Assembly: GCA_964016885.1 (NCBI GenBank)
Contig: OZ024743.1
Coordinates: forward strand, 332,444,001-332,508,000
From: Eledone cirrhosa
Taxonomy: Eukaryota
Direction of reading: 5' to 3'
Length of the DNA: 64,000 nt
The notes under the pieces: model-generated
The model's input: only the letters and a program-made list of their open reading frames with translations
Told to the model about the DNA's origin: nothing
Databases searched by the model: none
In this document: positions 1 through 14,036 of the stretch, in pieces
Numbering within the stretch: position 1 is the stretch's first letter
How the letters are laid out: each line of letters begins with the position of its first letter
Made by a program: the position numbers and the translations under genes

Positions 1-3000
1 TCTAACATAACAGTGTTGTGTCTAACAGCAACACTGTCCCAGATGTGGGAGCAGTACTGTAATGTGGTCTAACATAACAGTGTTGTGTCTAACAGCCACA
101 CTGTCCCAGATGTGGGAGCAGTACTGTAATGTGGTCTAACATAACAGTGTCCTGTGTAACAGCAACACTGTCCCTGATGTGGGAGCAGTACTGTAATGTG
201 GTCTAACATATCTGTGTTGTGTCTAACAGCAGCACTGTCCCAGATGTGGGAGCAGTACTGTAATGTGGTCTAACATATCTGTGTTGTGTCTAACAGCAAC
301 ACTGTCCCAGATGTGGGAGCAGTACTGTAATGTGGTCTAACATATCTGTGTTGTGTCTAACAGCAACGCTGTCCTAGATGTGGGAGCAGTACTGTAATGT
401 GGTCTAACATAACAGTGTTGTGTCTAACAGCAACACTGTCCCAGATGTGGGAGCAGTACTGTAATGTGGTCTAACATAACAGTGTTGTGTCTAACAGCAA
501 CACTGTCCCAGATGTGGGAGCAGTACTGTAATGTGGTCTAACATATCTATGTCTTGTGTAACAGCAACACTGTCCCAGATGTGGGAGCAGTACTGTAATG
601 TGGTCTAACATATCTGTGTTGTGTCTAACAGCAACGCTGTCCCAGATGTGGGAGCAGTACTGTAATGTGGTCTAACATAACAGTGTCGTGTGTAACAGCA
701 ACACTGTCCCAGATGTGGGAGCAGTACTGTAATGGGGTCTAACATAACAGTGTTGTGTCTAACAGCAACACTGTCCCAGATGTGGGAGCAGTACTGTAAT
801 GTGGTCTAACATAACAGTGTCGTGTGTAACAGCAACCCTGTCCCAGATGTGGGAGCAGTACTGTAATGTGGTCTAACATATCTGTGTTGTGTCTAACAGC
901 AGCACTGTCCCAGATGTGGGAGCAGTACTGTAATGTGGTCTAACATAACAGTGTTGTGTCTAACAGCAACGCTGTCCCAGATGTGGGTGCAGTACTGTAA
1001 TGTGGTCTAACATAACAGTGTCGTGTGTAACAGCAACACTGTCCCAGATGTGGGAGCAGTACTGTAATGGGGTCTAACATAACAGTGTTGTGTCTAACAG
1101 CAACACTGTCCCAGATGTGGGAGCAGTACTGTAATGTGGTCTAACATAACAGTGTCGTGTGTAACAGCAACCCTGTCCCAGATGTGGGAGCAGTACTGTA
1201 ATGTGGTCTAACATATCTGTGTTGTGTCTAACAGCAGCACTGTCCCAGATGTGGGAGCAGTACTGTAATGTGGTCTAACATAACAGTGTTGTGTCTAACA
1301 GCAACGCTGTCCCAGATGTGGGTGCAGTACTGTAATGTGGTCTAACATAACAGTGTCGTGTGTAACAGCAACACTGTCCCAGATGTGGGAGCAGTACTGT
1401 AATGTGGTCTAACATATCTGTGTCGTGTGTAACAACAACACTGTCCCAGATGTGGGAGCAGTACTGTAATGTGGTCTAACATATCTGTGTTGTGTCTAAC
1501 AGCAACACTGTCCCAGATGTGGGAGCAGTACTGTAATGTGGTCTAACATATCTATGTCTTGTGTAACAACAACACTGTCCCAGATGTGGGAGCAGTACTG
1601 TAATGTGGTCTAACATATCTGTGTCGTGTGTAACAGCAACACTGTCCCAGATGTGGGAGCAGTACTGTAATGTGGTCTAACATAACAGTGTTGTGTCTAA
1701 CAGCAACACTGTCCCAGATGTGCGAGCAGTACTGTAATGTGGTCTAACATAACAGTGTCGTGTGTAACAACAACACTGTCCCAGATGTGGGAGCAGTACT
1801 GTAATGTGGTCTAACATAACAGTGTTGTGTCTAACAGCAACACTGTCCCTGATGTGCGAGCAGTACTGTAATGTGGTCTAACATATCTGTGTCGTGTGTA
1901 ACAGTAACACTGTCCCAGATGTGGGAGCAGTACTGTAATGTGGTCTAACATATCTGTGTCGTGTGTAACAACAACACTGTCCCAGATGTGGGAGCAGTAC
2001 TGTAATGTGGTCTAACATATCTGTGTTGTGTCTAACAGCAACACTGTCCCAGATGTGGGAGCAGTACTGTAATGTGGTCTAACATATCTATGTCTTGTGT
2101 AACAACAACACTGTCCCAGATGTGGGAGCAGTACTGTAATGTGGTCTAACATATCTGTGTCGTGTGTAACAGCAACACTGTCCCAGATGTGGGAGCAGTA
2201 CTGTAATGTGGTCTAACATAACAGTGTTGTGTCTAACAGCAACACTGTCCCAGATGTGCGAGCAGTACTGTAATGTGGTCTAACATAACAGTGTCGTGTG
2301 TAACAACAACACTGTCCCAGATGTGGGAGCAGTACTGTAATGTGGTCTAACATAACAGTGTTGTGTCTAACAGCAACACTGTCCCTGATGTGCGAGCAGT
2401 ACTGTAATGTGGTCTAACATATCTGTGTCGTGTGTAACAGCAACACTGTCCCAGATGTGGGAGCAGTACTGTAATGTGGTCTAACATAACAGTGTTGTGT
2501 CTAACAGCAACACTGTCCCAGATGTGGGAGCAGTACTGTAATGTGGTCTAACATAACAGTGTCGTGTGTAACAGCAACACTGTCCCAGATGTGGGAGCAG
2601 TACTGTAATGTGGTCTAACATAACAGTGTCGTGTGTAACAACAACACTGTCCCAGATGTGGGAGCAGTACTGTAATGTGGTCTAACATAACATTGTCGTG
2701 TGTAACAGCAACACTGTCCCAGATGTGGGAGCAGTACTGTAATGTTGTCTAACATATCTGTGTCGTGTGTAACAGCAACACTGTCCCAGATGTGGGAGCA
2801 GTACTGTAATGTGGTCTAACATAACAGTGTCGTGTGTAACAACAACACTGTCCCAGATGTGGGAGCAGTACTGTAATGTGGTCTAACATAACAGTGTCGT
2901 GTGTAACAGCAACACTGTCCCAGATGTGGGAGCAGTACTGTAATGTGGTCTAACATATCTGTGTCGTGTGTAACAACAACACTGTCCCAGATGTGGGAGC

Positions 3001-3579
3001 AGTACTGTAATGTGGTCTAACATAACTGTGTTGTGTCTAACAGCAACACTGTCCCAGATGTGGGAGCAGTACTGTAATGTGGTCTAACATATCTGTGTCT
3101 TGTGTAACAACAACACTGTCCCAGATGTGGGAGCAGTACTGTAATGTGGTCTAACATATCTGTATTGTGTCTGACTGCAACACTGTCCCAGATGTGGGAG
3201 CAGTACTGTAATGTGGTCTAACATAACTGTGTTGTGTCTAACAACAACACTGTCCCAGATGTGGGAGCATAACTGTAATGTGGTCTAACATAACAGTGTC
3301 TTGTGTAACAGCAACACTGTCCCAGATGTGGGGGCAGTACTGTAATGTGGTCTAACATAACAGTGTCGTGTGTAACAGCAACACTGTCCCAGATGTGGGA
3401 GCAGTACTGTAATGTGGTCTAACATAACTGTGTTGTGTCTAATAACAACACTGTCCCAGATGTGGGAGCAGTACTGTAATGTGGTCTAACATAACAGTGT
3501 CGTGTGTACTATCAACACTGTCCCAGATGTGGGAGCAGTACTGTAATGTGGTCTAACATAACAGTGTTGTGTCTAACAT
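1..3579. repeat. Tandem satellite, 67-bp unit, ~53 copies, runs off the left edge
   Basis: Unit tctaacataacagtgttgtgtctaacagcaacactgtcccagatgtgggagcagtactgtaatgtgg recurs at 1, 68 and onward with few variants. Confidence 0.98.
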
Positions 3580-3717
3580 CCATCCATATATTTTTTTTTT
3601 TTTTTTATATTATTGTGCTGATTTCACTCATTATACTGCAACTATTTATAATCTTGAAAAGAGAATTAGACAAATGATGGAAAGACTTGCTAGAAAAAAA
3701 TTTGAATAATAAAAATA

Positions 3718-3872
3718 GGAGAGAGGGGGAGCAAGGGGGAGATAAAAAGCAAGAGAGAGAGAAAAGCAAGGGAGAGAGTGAGAAAGAGTGAGAGAGCGAG
3801 AAAGCAAAGAAGAGAGTGAAAGAGAGAGAAAGCAAGGTAGAGAGAGAGAAAGCAAAGGGGAGAGAGAGGAAG
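3718..3872. repeat. Degenerate (GA)n purine-rich tract
   Basis: gagagagaaagcaag-type repeats; accounts for the Leu/Ser ORFs on the minus strand. Confidence 0.85.
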
Positions 3873-4630
3873 AGGTACAAGTTTACATAGTATACATAGT
3901 TAATTATAAATTTCATAATTGATTACAAAAACAATCAGAGAAATATAAGAAAATAGAAGAGACAGGTAGACAAACAGGTAAACTGACAGGTGATTGGATA
4001 ACTAAAGACAAGATGACAAAAAGAAGACAAGCAGTGAATTTGAAAGTCTAAAGAAACCAAGATTGTACTTTAAAAAAAAGACAAACAGAAATAAAATGAT
4101 ATGCAGGCAGTCAGGAAGACATTCCAATTAAAACCAAATGTTACTATGTTTTGAACCATTGTATTTTACTGTTGGTCACCATTGAGATAACTAGTGTCTT
4201 TGATCTGTAGACTGACGTTGTCCTCTGTATAATCAAGAGGAGGGCATCACACCTGAGGAAGGATCTCTGTGGGGTGGAATGGCTGATGCAGTGGTTATAG
4301 CTGGCTGTTCTCCATGGTAATGCTTTCACCATTTTGTCCATGTGGTACAACTGAGATATACCGCCCAACCAAAAGTGTAGAGTTTGTCCCTTCTCCATTC
4401 CAATTCCACCCATCTTTTTTTATTTATTTATTCTTCTCTTTTCCTCTCTCCTTGTTTATAAATATATACACACTTGTACATGCAAACATCTACCTCCCTC
4501 TTTATATATACATATATATATTTAATAAGTGGTTCAGTAGATTCGTGGTTTACTAGGAAGGGACCAGAATCAACACTCTATGCTAGAGCAGAGTGTATAT
4601 ATTAAAAACAAAATGATGTTTCACATTAAT

Positions 4631-4732
4631 GATTATACACAATTACAACTGTTTCACAGATGGATGGCTCAGGATCTATATTAATGTTATAAACCCAACT
4701 TCAGCCTGATCTAATCATCAGACTTGTTAATC
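4631..4732 (-). ncRNA. Degenerate type I hammerhead ribozyme motif in a PLE-like terminal fragment
   Basis: Minus strand reads gattaacaagt-CTGATGA-(~55 nt)-GAAA-cagttg-TA-attgtgtataatc; stem I imperfect; close to (TA)n at ~4505. Confidence 0.5.
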
Positions 4733-4931
4733 AAATAAAACGAAAATCTCATCTCATATTGGACAAAATGTCTCACATTCTTTAGTTATGGCTCTAAATG
4801 GTCTGAGTTCATATATCATCAAAGTTAACTTTGATTTTCCACCTGCCAAGGTCGATAAAATAAAATACCAGTCTAGTACTGGGGGGTCAATTTAATCAAC
4901 TTTCCTTCTTCTTCTTCATCCACTTATTCCT

Positions 4932-5260
4932 GTGTCTTCAAACACTCCTTCCAGCAGGCCCTGTCAGAAGTACCTATCTCCAATTGATCCAGCTGTATCC
5001 CCACAAGACCACCTGAGCTCATGGATGTTAACCAACCATCTTACTCAGAATCTACTACTCAGTCTCCTGCCAGTTGGTTTTACCCCTAAAATCTGTCCAG
5101 TGACTCTTTCCTGAGACATTCTAACCACGTGCCCATAGTATAGGAGTTGTGATCAACTTTCCTGTTACCACAAATTACTGCCATTGAACCTAAATTAGAA
5201 ACTGTTATGAAATATTTCCTCTATGGAATGGATCTCCATCAGTGTTCTAGATGCTTTATC
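4932..5260 (-). mobile_element. Decayed RTE-type LINE 3' fragment
   Basis: Homologous to 53712-54000 (shared gtcttcaaacact...gacattcta.ccac.tgcccat); minus strand gives GHV.RMS...KP remnants typical of the RTE ORF C-terminus. Confidence 0.55.
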
Positions 5261-5994
5261 AATGTAAAAACCCACTCATCAATTTAATGAGTAAGTGACT
5301 GAGCATTCTATAGACATGTGTAACTTTAACATAATTCTCAGGGAGATTGAGCATGACACAGTGGGTGACAAGGTTGGACCATTGAATTACAGCTACAGAC
5401 CATCTGACAGGTTTCCAAACAGTCTCTGTCTACCAAATTTCACTGAGGCTATGATAAGTAACACTTGCCCAAGATACCAAATAGTGGTATTGAACTCAAG
5501 TCCTCCTAATGATTACAAAGTGTTCTTCTTAACCATTCAGCCACATACTGTGTCTACATCTCCTTTATATTGCAACTATCAAGTGTAGAAATATTTTCTC
5601 TGTTAATATTCTGTTCTAGAATATTCCTCGAAGGAAACCGATTCTTTGTTGAAGAAAAACTTTGATCTTTCATTCCCCCAACCCCACCCCATATTTTTGT
5701 TATTTGTTATTTTGTTTGTCTATAATGGCCATTAGATGACAGGAAGTTTCACCTCCAATCATTTCCTGTGTGTTTCGATTATTGATTTGATTCATTTGAG
5801 TGTTAAAATCAAATATTTTCTCACAGTGAGCAATGTTAAGAGTTATTTCCTAATGAATCACCATGGATTTAATTATGAAATGTTTCTGTTCTGCCTGCTT
5901 TGCTACATACACTAACGGAAATATCTCAAACCTCACGGGAGTGTTGTTGATGTCACACAAGTAAATATTTTACTTTACTGTGGACATACATCTA

Positions 5995-6410
5995 CCCAGC
6001 CTTTCATTCATACAGCCATCAATCCATTTAGCAATCCACCCAACCAACCATCTAGCTAGCCATCCACCCAACCACCCATCTAACCAGCCAGCCATCCAAC
6101 CACCCATCTATCTAGCAATCCAGCCAATCATCCATTTAGCCACCCATCCATCCACCCAACCATCCATCTAGCGATCCATCAATCCACCCAACCATCCATC
6201 TAGCCAGCCATCAATCTAGCCATCCAGCTAGCCATCCATCCAATTATCCATCAATCCACACAACCATCCAGCTAGCCATCAATCCACACAACCATCCAGC
6301 TAGCCATCCATCCAATTATCTATCAATCCACACAACCATCCTTCTAGCAATCCTTCTAACCATCCATCTAGTCATCCATCCATTAATCTATTCAACCATC
6401 CAGCCAGCCA
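5995..6410. repeat. Degenerate (CCAT/CCAA/CCAG)n tetranucleotide tract
   Basis: Direct reading: ccatccatc, ccaaccaacc, ctagccagcc. Confidence 0.9.
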
Positions 6411-8904
6411 TTGGCTCAAACACACATACACACTGCCATTTTCCTACACGCACCAAATCAGGACAAAGCTATCATGTCTGAGAAAGAAACCCTGTGAAGG
6501 AAGGTGGAATGGTTGGTGCAGCAGGTATTGCTGGTTGCTGTTCTCTGCAGCAACATACATTTACTATCTTATCTTCTATGTGCAACTGAGATGTACCACC
6601 CAGCCAAGGGTTGTAGAATTTCTCCTCCCCATCGCCCCATCTTTTTTTTCATTTTCTTTCAATGTTTTTATCTTTCTTGTTGTCATTGTGACATTGTAAA
6701 CATATTTTGAAAATTTGGAATGAAATAAGTGTTTAATCATTGATATTCAGTCAACAACAACCAACAAAGAATTGGGAGGACTCTTCAGCTGCATTAAAGA
6801 TATGGTGCCCTCTTTAGTGCTTTGTCATAATAAAATACACCCAGTAAAGTGTAAGTGAGATGTAGGCCCTTGGCCCTTCTGAGAGGTCAGTAACTCTGCT
6901 TGAGTACCGACTCAGTCTGTGAGGACCTGTCCAACTCTTCAATTGGTTGACAAGATCCTAGACCTCATTCACTTACAAAGTGGGGTGGAGCTAATCAAAA
7001 CAATGTTTTTATTGGTCATTCCATTGATATTATCTCCCAGTCACAATTTCTGGCAGAAGGAGCAACGTGAAATAAAGTGTCTTACTCAAGATCATAACAC
7101 ATTGCCTGGTCTGGGAATCGAACTCACGACCTTATGATTGTGAATCCAATTCTCTAACAGGAAAAGCGGTTGTCAAATAAAGATGATGATGATGATGAAC
7201 TGTAGTCCCCTTTAAATTATTATGTCAGTAACCTAAATAAGATGCAGGCTACAATTTTAGTACCACAACATTAGACAACAGTTGGCAATGTTATAAAGAA
7301 TTTATTTAATCCTTGATCTCAGAGCAATCAGTTCTGAAAGATAAAACAAAAAGATATCAATTTCATATACAAATGAAATATAATCAGCCAATTGACTGAC
7401 AGTTCAAAGTAAACACTGTTGATCATTCAGTGTTATTGATTTCACAAGAAAGGTGAGGGTGAATACTAGTATGCTAGCATTCATTGATTTTCTGTAAATA
7501 TTAGCAAGTCTAATTAAGTGAAATTACTGCAACCTGGATTTGAAAATGGATTGTGAATTGAGCTCACCAAAGACGTTCCTTTATCAAAGGTGGTGAATTG
7601 GCAGGTAGAGTCATTAGAGTGTTGGACAAAATAACTATTACTATTTGTACAAGCTCTGTGTTCTGAATTTAAATACCACTGAGCTCAAACTTGCCTTGTA
7701 CAGGTAGGTAGATTGATTACAGGTAGGTAAATTGATGGAATTGTTGGAGCTTTGTGGTATTTGTCCTGTCTCCTGAGTTCTAAGTTCAAACCATACCAGG
7801 GCCCTATTTAATCCATTACCCAGTTTAATACCAACACCTGGCACTTCAGTGACTTTAGCAGGGATCACTCTGTTACAAACATTTAAGCCAAGCTTCCAGT
7901 TTCAGGATATCCTCCCTCCTCACTCCCACCAGTTTAGTTTCATAGGCCCTGAAAAGGATAATGAAAAATGTCTTTCACTCCCTAACTAATCCATTGAAAC
8001 AACCAAGATATTTGATCCTATTTAAATGAGCCAGAAAATATAAGAGTTGTTAGGGTATCAGATTAAATACCTCAATATTTCTTCTGGTTTACTGATCTGT
8101 GAATTCTAGCAACACTGAGGTTAACTTGGCCCTAAATCTTTTTCAGAGCCAATATATAAAGTAGCAGTCAAGGGGTCACTGGATTAACAGATTTGTTAAA
8201 GGACTACATGGAATACTTCTAGTATCTAATTCAAGGAGCCACTGAATCAACAGAATTGTTAAGAGAAATATGTCACATGAAATAATTTGTAGTATTTGAT
8301 CACACAGAGGTTGATTTTGCCTTTCATCCTTTCAGAGTCAAAAAGCCACTGGATTGGTAGAAGTGATAAAAATTGGAACAAGAAACTTTGTAGTGTCTGA
8401 TCAACCTCTGTGTGTTCTAAGTTCAAATCCCACTTTTTTTCTTTCAGTTGTGACTAACAGATTGTATCAGATGTGGAAAAAAACCCCAATGGAAACATTG
8501 TTTCATTTGTGAGATCACATGATTGGCTCTATCTAATCCTATCTCCACTCAGTCTTACCTCCACCCAAGATCACCTGACTCACTCAACCTTCCTCTTCTG
8601 GTGACCCCCACCCCAACCCTCAAGCCCTCACTAGTTACTTTACTTTACTCAGAGTTTCTTCCCTAGACATTCTTCTGGATTTCCTCATCCTTGCATGTGT
8701 TTGTTCCTTCAGTCACTGATATATAACTGTGCAAGATAAACCTCAATTACATCAATCTCACCAGTACGATGGGGGTGAGGTGGGTGAAGGTCATTAAACC
8801 AGTCACTTCCTCCTGATTAATAAAAAGGAAAATATGATGAGAAACTTTCCCAGGGACTAAACAACAACTGCAGTAATTTACAGGGATGTTACTTTCTAAC
8901 CCTT

Positions 8905-9220
8905 GACTACTTCCCTGACAATCTTTGTCAATCTTTGATGACCTCTGACAATTTCTGACAACCACTGTGTCAATCTCCAACAATTTCTGTAAACCTCTGT
9001 CACCATTTGACAATCTCTGGCAAAATTTGTCAATCTCTGTCAACCTCTGATGACCCCCATCAACCACTGTTCCAATCTCTAACAACCTTAGTCAAACTCT
9101 GTCACCCCCCCCCCCAACAAACTGACACACACTGTCAATTTCTGTCACTCTCTGACAACTTCTGCCATCCTCTGACAATCTGTCAACTGTTAGTCAAACT
9201 GTCACTCTCTGACAACCAGC
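8905..9220. repeat. Degenerate short-period repeat (ctctgacaa / ctgtcaa motifs)
   Basis: Repeated ctgacaa and ctgtcaa words at roughly 10-11 bp spacing. Confidence 0.6.
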
Positions 9221-11046
9221 TACCCCCACCCCACCAGTTGAACAAGTTGTCCATCATTGATATTCTATAAATATGGCATCTTTTTGTGTGTTGTCTTTTA
9301 TTGTTTCCAGTTCCATTGTCTTTCAACTTTAGGGGATTCCTTCAAGACAGAGAGACAGACAGGTAGATAGGCAGCTGGGCAGAGAGACAGGTAGTCTGGG
9401 GGCAGGCAGGGAGACAGGAGGCAGACAGGTAGACAGGCAGGCAGAGAGAGCTAGACAAGCAGACAGACAGATAGAGACAGACAGACAGGTAGACAGGCAA
9501 GCAGATAGACAGACAGAAAGACAAACAGACAGACAGATAGACAGACAGAGGTAAAAAACAGACTGACAGGTAGACAGGCAGAGAGACAGACAGGCTGGCT
9601 GGTAGACAGGTAGAGAGACAGACAGGCTGGCTGGTAGACAGGTAGAGAGACAGACAGGCTGGCTGGTAGACAGGCAGAGAGACAGACAGGCTGGCTGGTA
9701 GACAGGTAGAGAGAGACAGACAGGCTGGCTGGTAGACAGGTAGATAGACAGACTGGCTGGCTGGTAGACAGGGAGAGAGACAGACAGGCTGGCTGGTAGA
9801 CAGACAGAGAGACAGACAGGCTGGCTGGTAGACAGGTAGATAGACAAAGAGGCCGGCTGGTAGACAGGTAGAGAGACAGACAGGCTGGCTGGTAGACAGT
9901 TAGAGAGACAGACAGGCTGGCTGGTAGACAGGTAGAGAGACAGACAGCCTGGCTGGTAGACAGGCAGAGAGACAGACAGGCTGGCTGGTAGACAGGTAGA
10001 TAGACAGACTGGCTGGCTGGTAGAGAGGCAGATAGACAGACAGGCTGGCTGGTTGACAGGTAGATAGACAAACAGGCTGGCTGGTAGACAGCCAGAGAGA
10101 CAAAGAGGCCGGCTGGTAGACAGGTAGATAGACAGACAGGCTGACAGGAAGACAGGCAGCAAGACAGACAGGCTGGCTAGTAGACAGGTAGATAGACAGA
10201 CAGGCTGGCTGGTAGAGAGGCAGATAGACAGACAGGCTGGCTGGTAGACAGGTAGATAGACAGAGAAGCTGGCTGGTAGACAGGTAGATAGACAGACAGG
10301 CTGGCTGGTAGACAGGCAGAGAGAGAGACAGGCTGGCTGGTAGATAGGCAGAGAGACAGGCAGGCGGGCTGGTTGACAGGTAGATAGACAAACAGGCTGG
10401 CTGGTAGACAGGTAGATAGACAGACTGGCTGGCTGGTAGAGAGGCAGATAGACAGACAGGCTGGCTGGTAGACAGACAGAGAGACAGACAGGCTGGCTGG
10501 TAGACAGGCAGAGAGACAGGCAGGCTGGCTGGTAGACAGGTAGATAGACAGACAGGCTGGCTGGTATACAGGCAGAGAGACAGACAGGCTGGCTGGTAGA
10601 CAGGCAGAGAGAGAGACAGGCTGGCTGGTAGATAGGCAGACAAGCTGGCTGGTAGACAGGCAGAGATACAAACAGGCGGGCTGGTAGAGAGGTAGATAGA
10701 CAGACAGGCTGGCTGGTAGACAGGTAGATAGACAGAGAAGCTGGCTGGTAGACAGGTAGATAGACAGACAGGCTGGCTGGTAGACAGGTAGATAGAGAGA
10801 CGGGCTGGCTGGTAGACACGTAGCTAGACAGAGAATTTGGCTGGTAGACAGGTAGATAGACAAACAGGCTAGCTGGTAGACAGGTAGATAGACAGACAGG
10901 CTGGCTGGTAGACAGGCAGAGAGACAGACAGGCTGGCTGGTAGACAGGTAGATAGACAGACAGGCTGGCTGGTAGACAGGCAGAGAGACAGACAGGCTGA
11001 CAGGTAGACAGGCAGAGAGACAGACAGGCTGGCTGGTAGACAGGTA

Positions 11047-11173
11047 ATTTTCTTTTTATTTGCCACCAGGGCATCAAAAAGTGGGACAATTACAATGAGG
11101 GGAGTTTACACAAAAAGGCGAGTAAAGAAAACAAATAACAAATATAAAATTCACAATAAAGTCCTCAATAGGG
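11047..11173 (-). mobile_element. 3'-end stub (~127 bp) of the Tx1/L1-type LINE
   Basis: Matches 14037-14163 with about 4 substitutions; includes AATAAA on the minus strand. Confidence 0.9.
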
Positions 11174-12108
11174 GCTGGTAGACAGATAGATAGACAGACA
11201 GGCTGGCTGGTAGACAGGTAGATAGACAGACAGGCTGGCTGGTAGACAGGTAGATAGACAGACAGGCTGGCTGGTAGACAGGTAGATAGACAGACAGGCT
11301 GGCTGGTAGACAGGTAGATAGACAAAGAGGCCGGCTGGTAGACAGATAGATAGACAGACAGGCTGGCTAGTAGACAGGCAAAGAGACAAACAGGCTGGCT
11401 GGTAGACAGGTAGATAGACAGACTGGCTGGCTGGTAGACAGCCAGAGAGACAGAGAGGCTGGCTGGTAGACAGGCAGAGAGACAGGCAGGCGGGCTGGTA
11501 GACAGGTAGATAGACAGACAGGCTGGCTGGTATACAGGCAGAGAGACAGACAGGCTGGCTGGTAGACAGGCAGACAAGCTGGCTGGTAGACAGGCAGAGA
11601 TACAAACAGGCGGGCTGGTAGACAGGTAGATAGACAGACAGGCTGGCTGGTAGACAGGTAGATAGACAGACAGGCTGGCTGGTAGACAGGTAGATAGACA
11701 GACAGGCTGGCTGGTAGACAGGTAGATAGACAGAGAAGCTGGCTGGTAGACAGGTAGATAGACAGACAGGCTGGCTGGTAGACAGGTAGATAGAGAGACA
11801 GGCTGGCTGGTAGACACGTAGCTAGACAGAGAATTTGGCTGGTAGACAGGTAGATAGACAAACAGGCTAGCTGGTAGACAGGTAGATAGACAGACAGGCT
11901 GGCTGGTAGATAGACAGAGAGACAGACAGGCTGGCTGGTAGACAGACAGAGAGACAGACAGGCTGGCTGGTAGACAGGCAGAGAGACAAACAGGCTAGCT
12001 GGTAGACAGGTAGATAGACAGACAGGCTGGCTGGTAGACAGGCAGAGAGACAGACAGGCTGACAGGTAGACAGGTAGATTGACAGAGAGGCTGGCTGGTA
12101 GACAGGTA

Positions 12109-12235
12109 ATTTTCTTTTTATTTGCCACCAGGGCATCAAAAAGTGGGACAATTACAATGAGGGGAGTTTACACAAAAAGGCGAGTAAAGAAAACAAATAA
12201 CAAATATAAAATTCACAATAAAGTCCTCAATAGGG
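12109..12235 (-). mobile_element. Second 3'-end stub of the same LINE (duplicate of 11047-11173)
   Basis: Reads identical to the first stub including both junctions; offset 1062 bp. Confidence 0.9.
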
Positions 12236-14036
12236 GCTGGTAGACAGATAGATAGACAGACAGGCTGGCTGGTAGACAGGTAGATAGACAGACAGGCTGG
12301 CTGGTAGACAGGTAGATAGACAGACAGGCTGGCTGGTAGACAGGAAGTTAGACAGACAGGCTGGCTGGTAGACAGGAAGTTAGACAGACAGGCTGACTGG
12401 TAGACAGGTAGATAGACAGACAGGCTGGCTGGTCGACGGGTAAACAGGTAGACAGGCTGGCTGGTAGAGAGGTAGATAGACAGACAGGCTGGCTGGTAGA
12501 GAGGTAGATAGACAGACAGGCTTGCTGGTAGACAGGTAGATAGACAGACAGGCTGGCTAGTAGACAGGTAGATAGACAGACAGGCTGGCTGGTAGAGTGG
12601 TAGATAGACAGACAGGCTGGCTGGTAGACAGGCAGAGAAACAGACAGGCTGGTTGGTAGACAGGTAGATAGACAGACAGGCTTGCTGGTAGACAGGTAGA
12701 TAGACAGACAGGCTGGCTGGTAGATAGATAGATGGACAGACAGGCTGGCTGGTAGACAGGTAGATAGAGAGACAGGCTGGCTGGTAGACAAGTAGATAGA
12801 CAAACAGGCTGGCTCGTAGACAGGTAGATAGACAGGCTGGCTGGTAGACAGGTAGATAGACAAACAGGCTGGCTGGTAGACAGACAGTGAGACAGACAGG
12901 CTGGCTGGTAGACAGGTATATAGACAGACAGGCTGGCTGGTAGACAGACAGTGAGACAGACAGGCTGGCTGGTAGACAGGTAGATAGACAGACAGGCTGG
13001 CTTGTAGACAGCCAGAGAGAGAAACGGCCTGGCTGGTAGACAGATAGATAGACAAACAGGCTGGCTGGTAGACAGGTAGATAGACAGACAGGCTGGCTGG
13101 TAGACAGATAGATAGACAGACAGGCTGGCTGGTAGACAGATAGATAGACAAACAGGCTGGCTGGTAGACAGGTAGATAGACAGACAGGCTGACTGGTAGA
13201 TAGGCAGCGAGACAGACAGGCTGGATGGTAGACAGGCAGAGACAGACAGTCTGGCTGGTAGACAGGCAAAGCGACAGACAGGCTGGCTGGTAGACAGGTA
13301 GATAGACAGACAGGCTGGCTGGTAGACAGGTAGATAGACAGACAGGCTGGCTGGTAGACAGGCAAAGAGACAAACAGGCTGGCTGGTAGACAGGCAGAGA
13401 GACAGACAGGCTGGCTGGTAGACAGGTAGATAGACAGACAGGCTGGCTGGTAGACAGGCAGTGAGACAGACAGGCTGGCTGGTAGACAGGTAGATAGACA
13501 GACAGGCTGGCTGTTAGACAGGTAGATAGACAGACAGGCTGGCTGGTAGACAGGTAGATAGACAGACAGGCTGGCTGTTAGACAGGTAGATAGACAGACA
13601 GGCTGGCTGGTAGACAGGCAGTGAGACAGACAGGCTGGCTGGTAGACAGGTAGATAGACAGACAGGCTGGCTGGTAGACAGGCAGTGAGATAGACAGGCT
13701 GGCTGGTAGACAGGTAGATAGACAGACAGGCTGGCTGGTAGACAGGCAGTGAGATAGACAGGCTGGCTGGTAGACAGGTAGATAGACAGACAGGCTGGCT
13801 GGTAGACAGGCAGTGAGACAGACAGGCTGGCTGGTAGACAGGTAGATAGACAGACAGGCTGGCTGGTAGACAGGCAGTGAGATAGACAGGCTGGCTGGTA
13901 GACAGGTAGATAGACAGACAGGCTGGCTGTTAGACAGGCAGTGAGATAGACAGGCTGGCTGGTAGACAGGTAGATAGACAGACAGGCTGGCTGGTAGACA
14001 GGTAGATAGACAGACAGGCTGGCTGGTAGACAGGTA

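Noticed and set aside
1-3579. CRISPR-like array
   Set aside because: No unique spacers; the whole 67-bp unit repeats; eukaryotic context; no cas genes.
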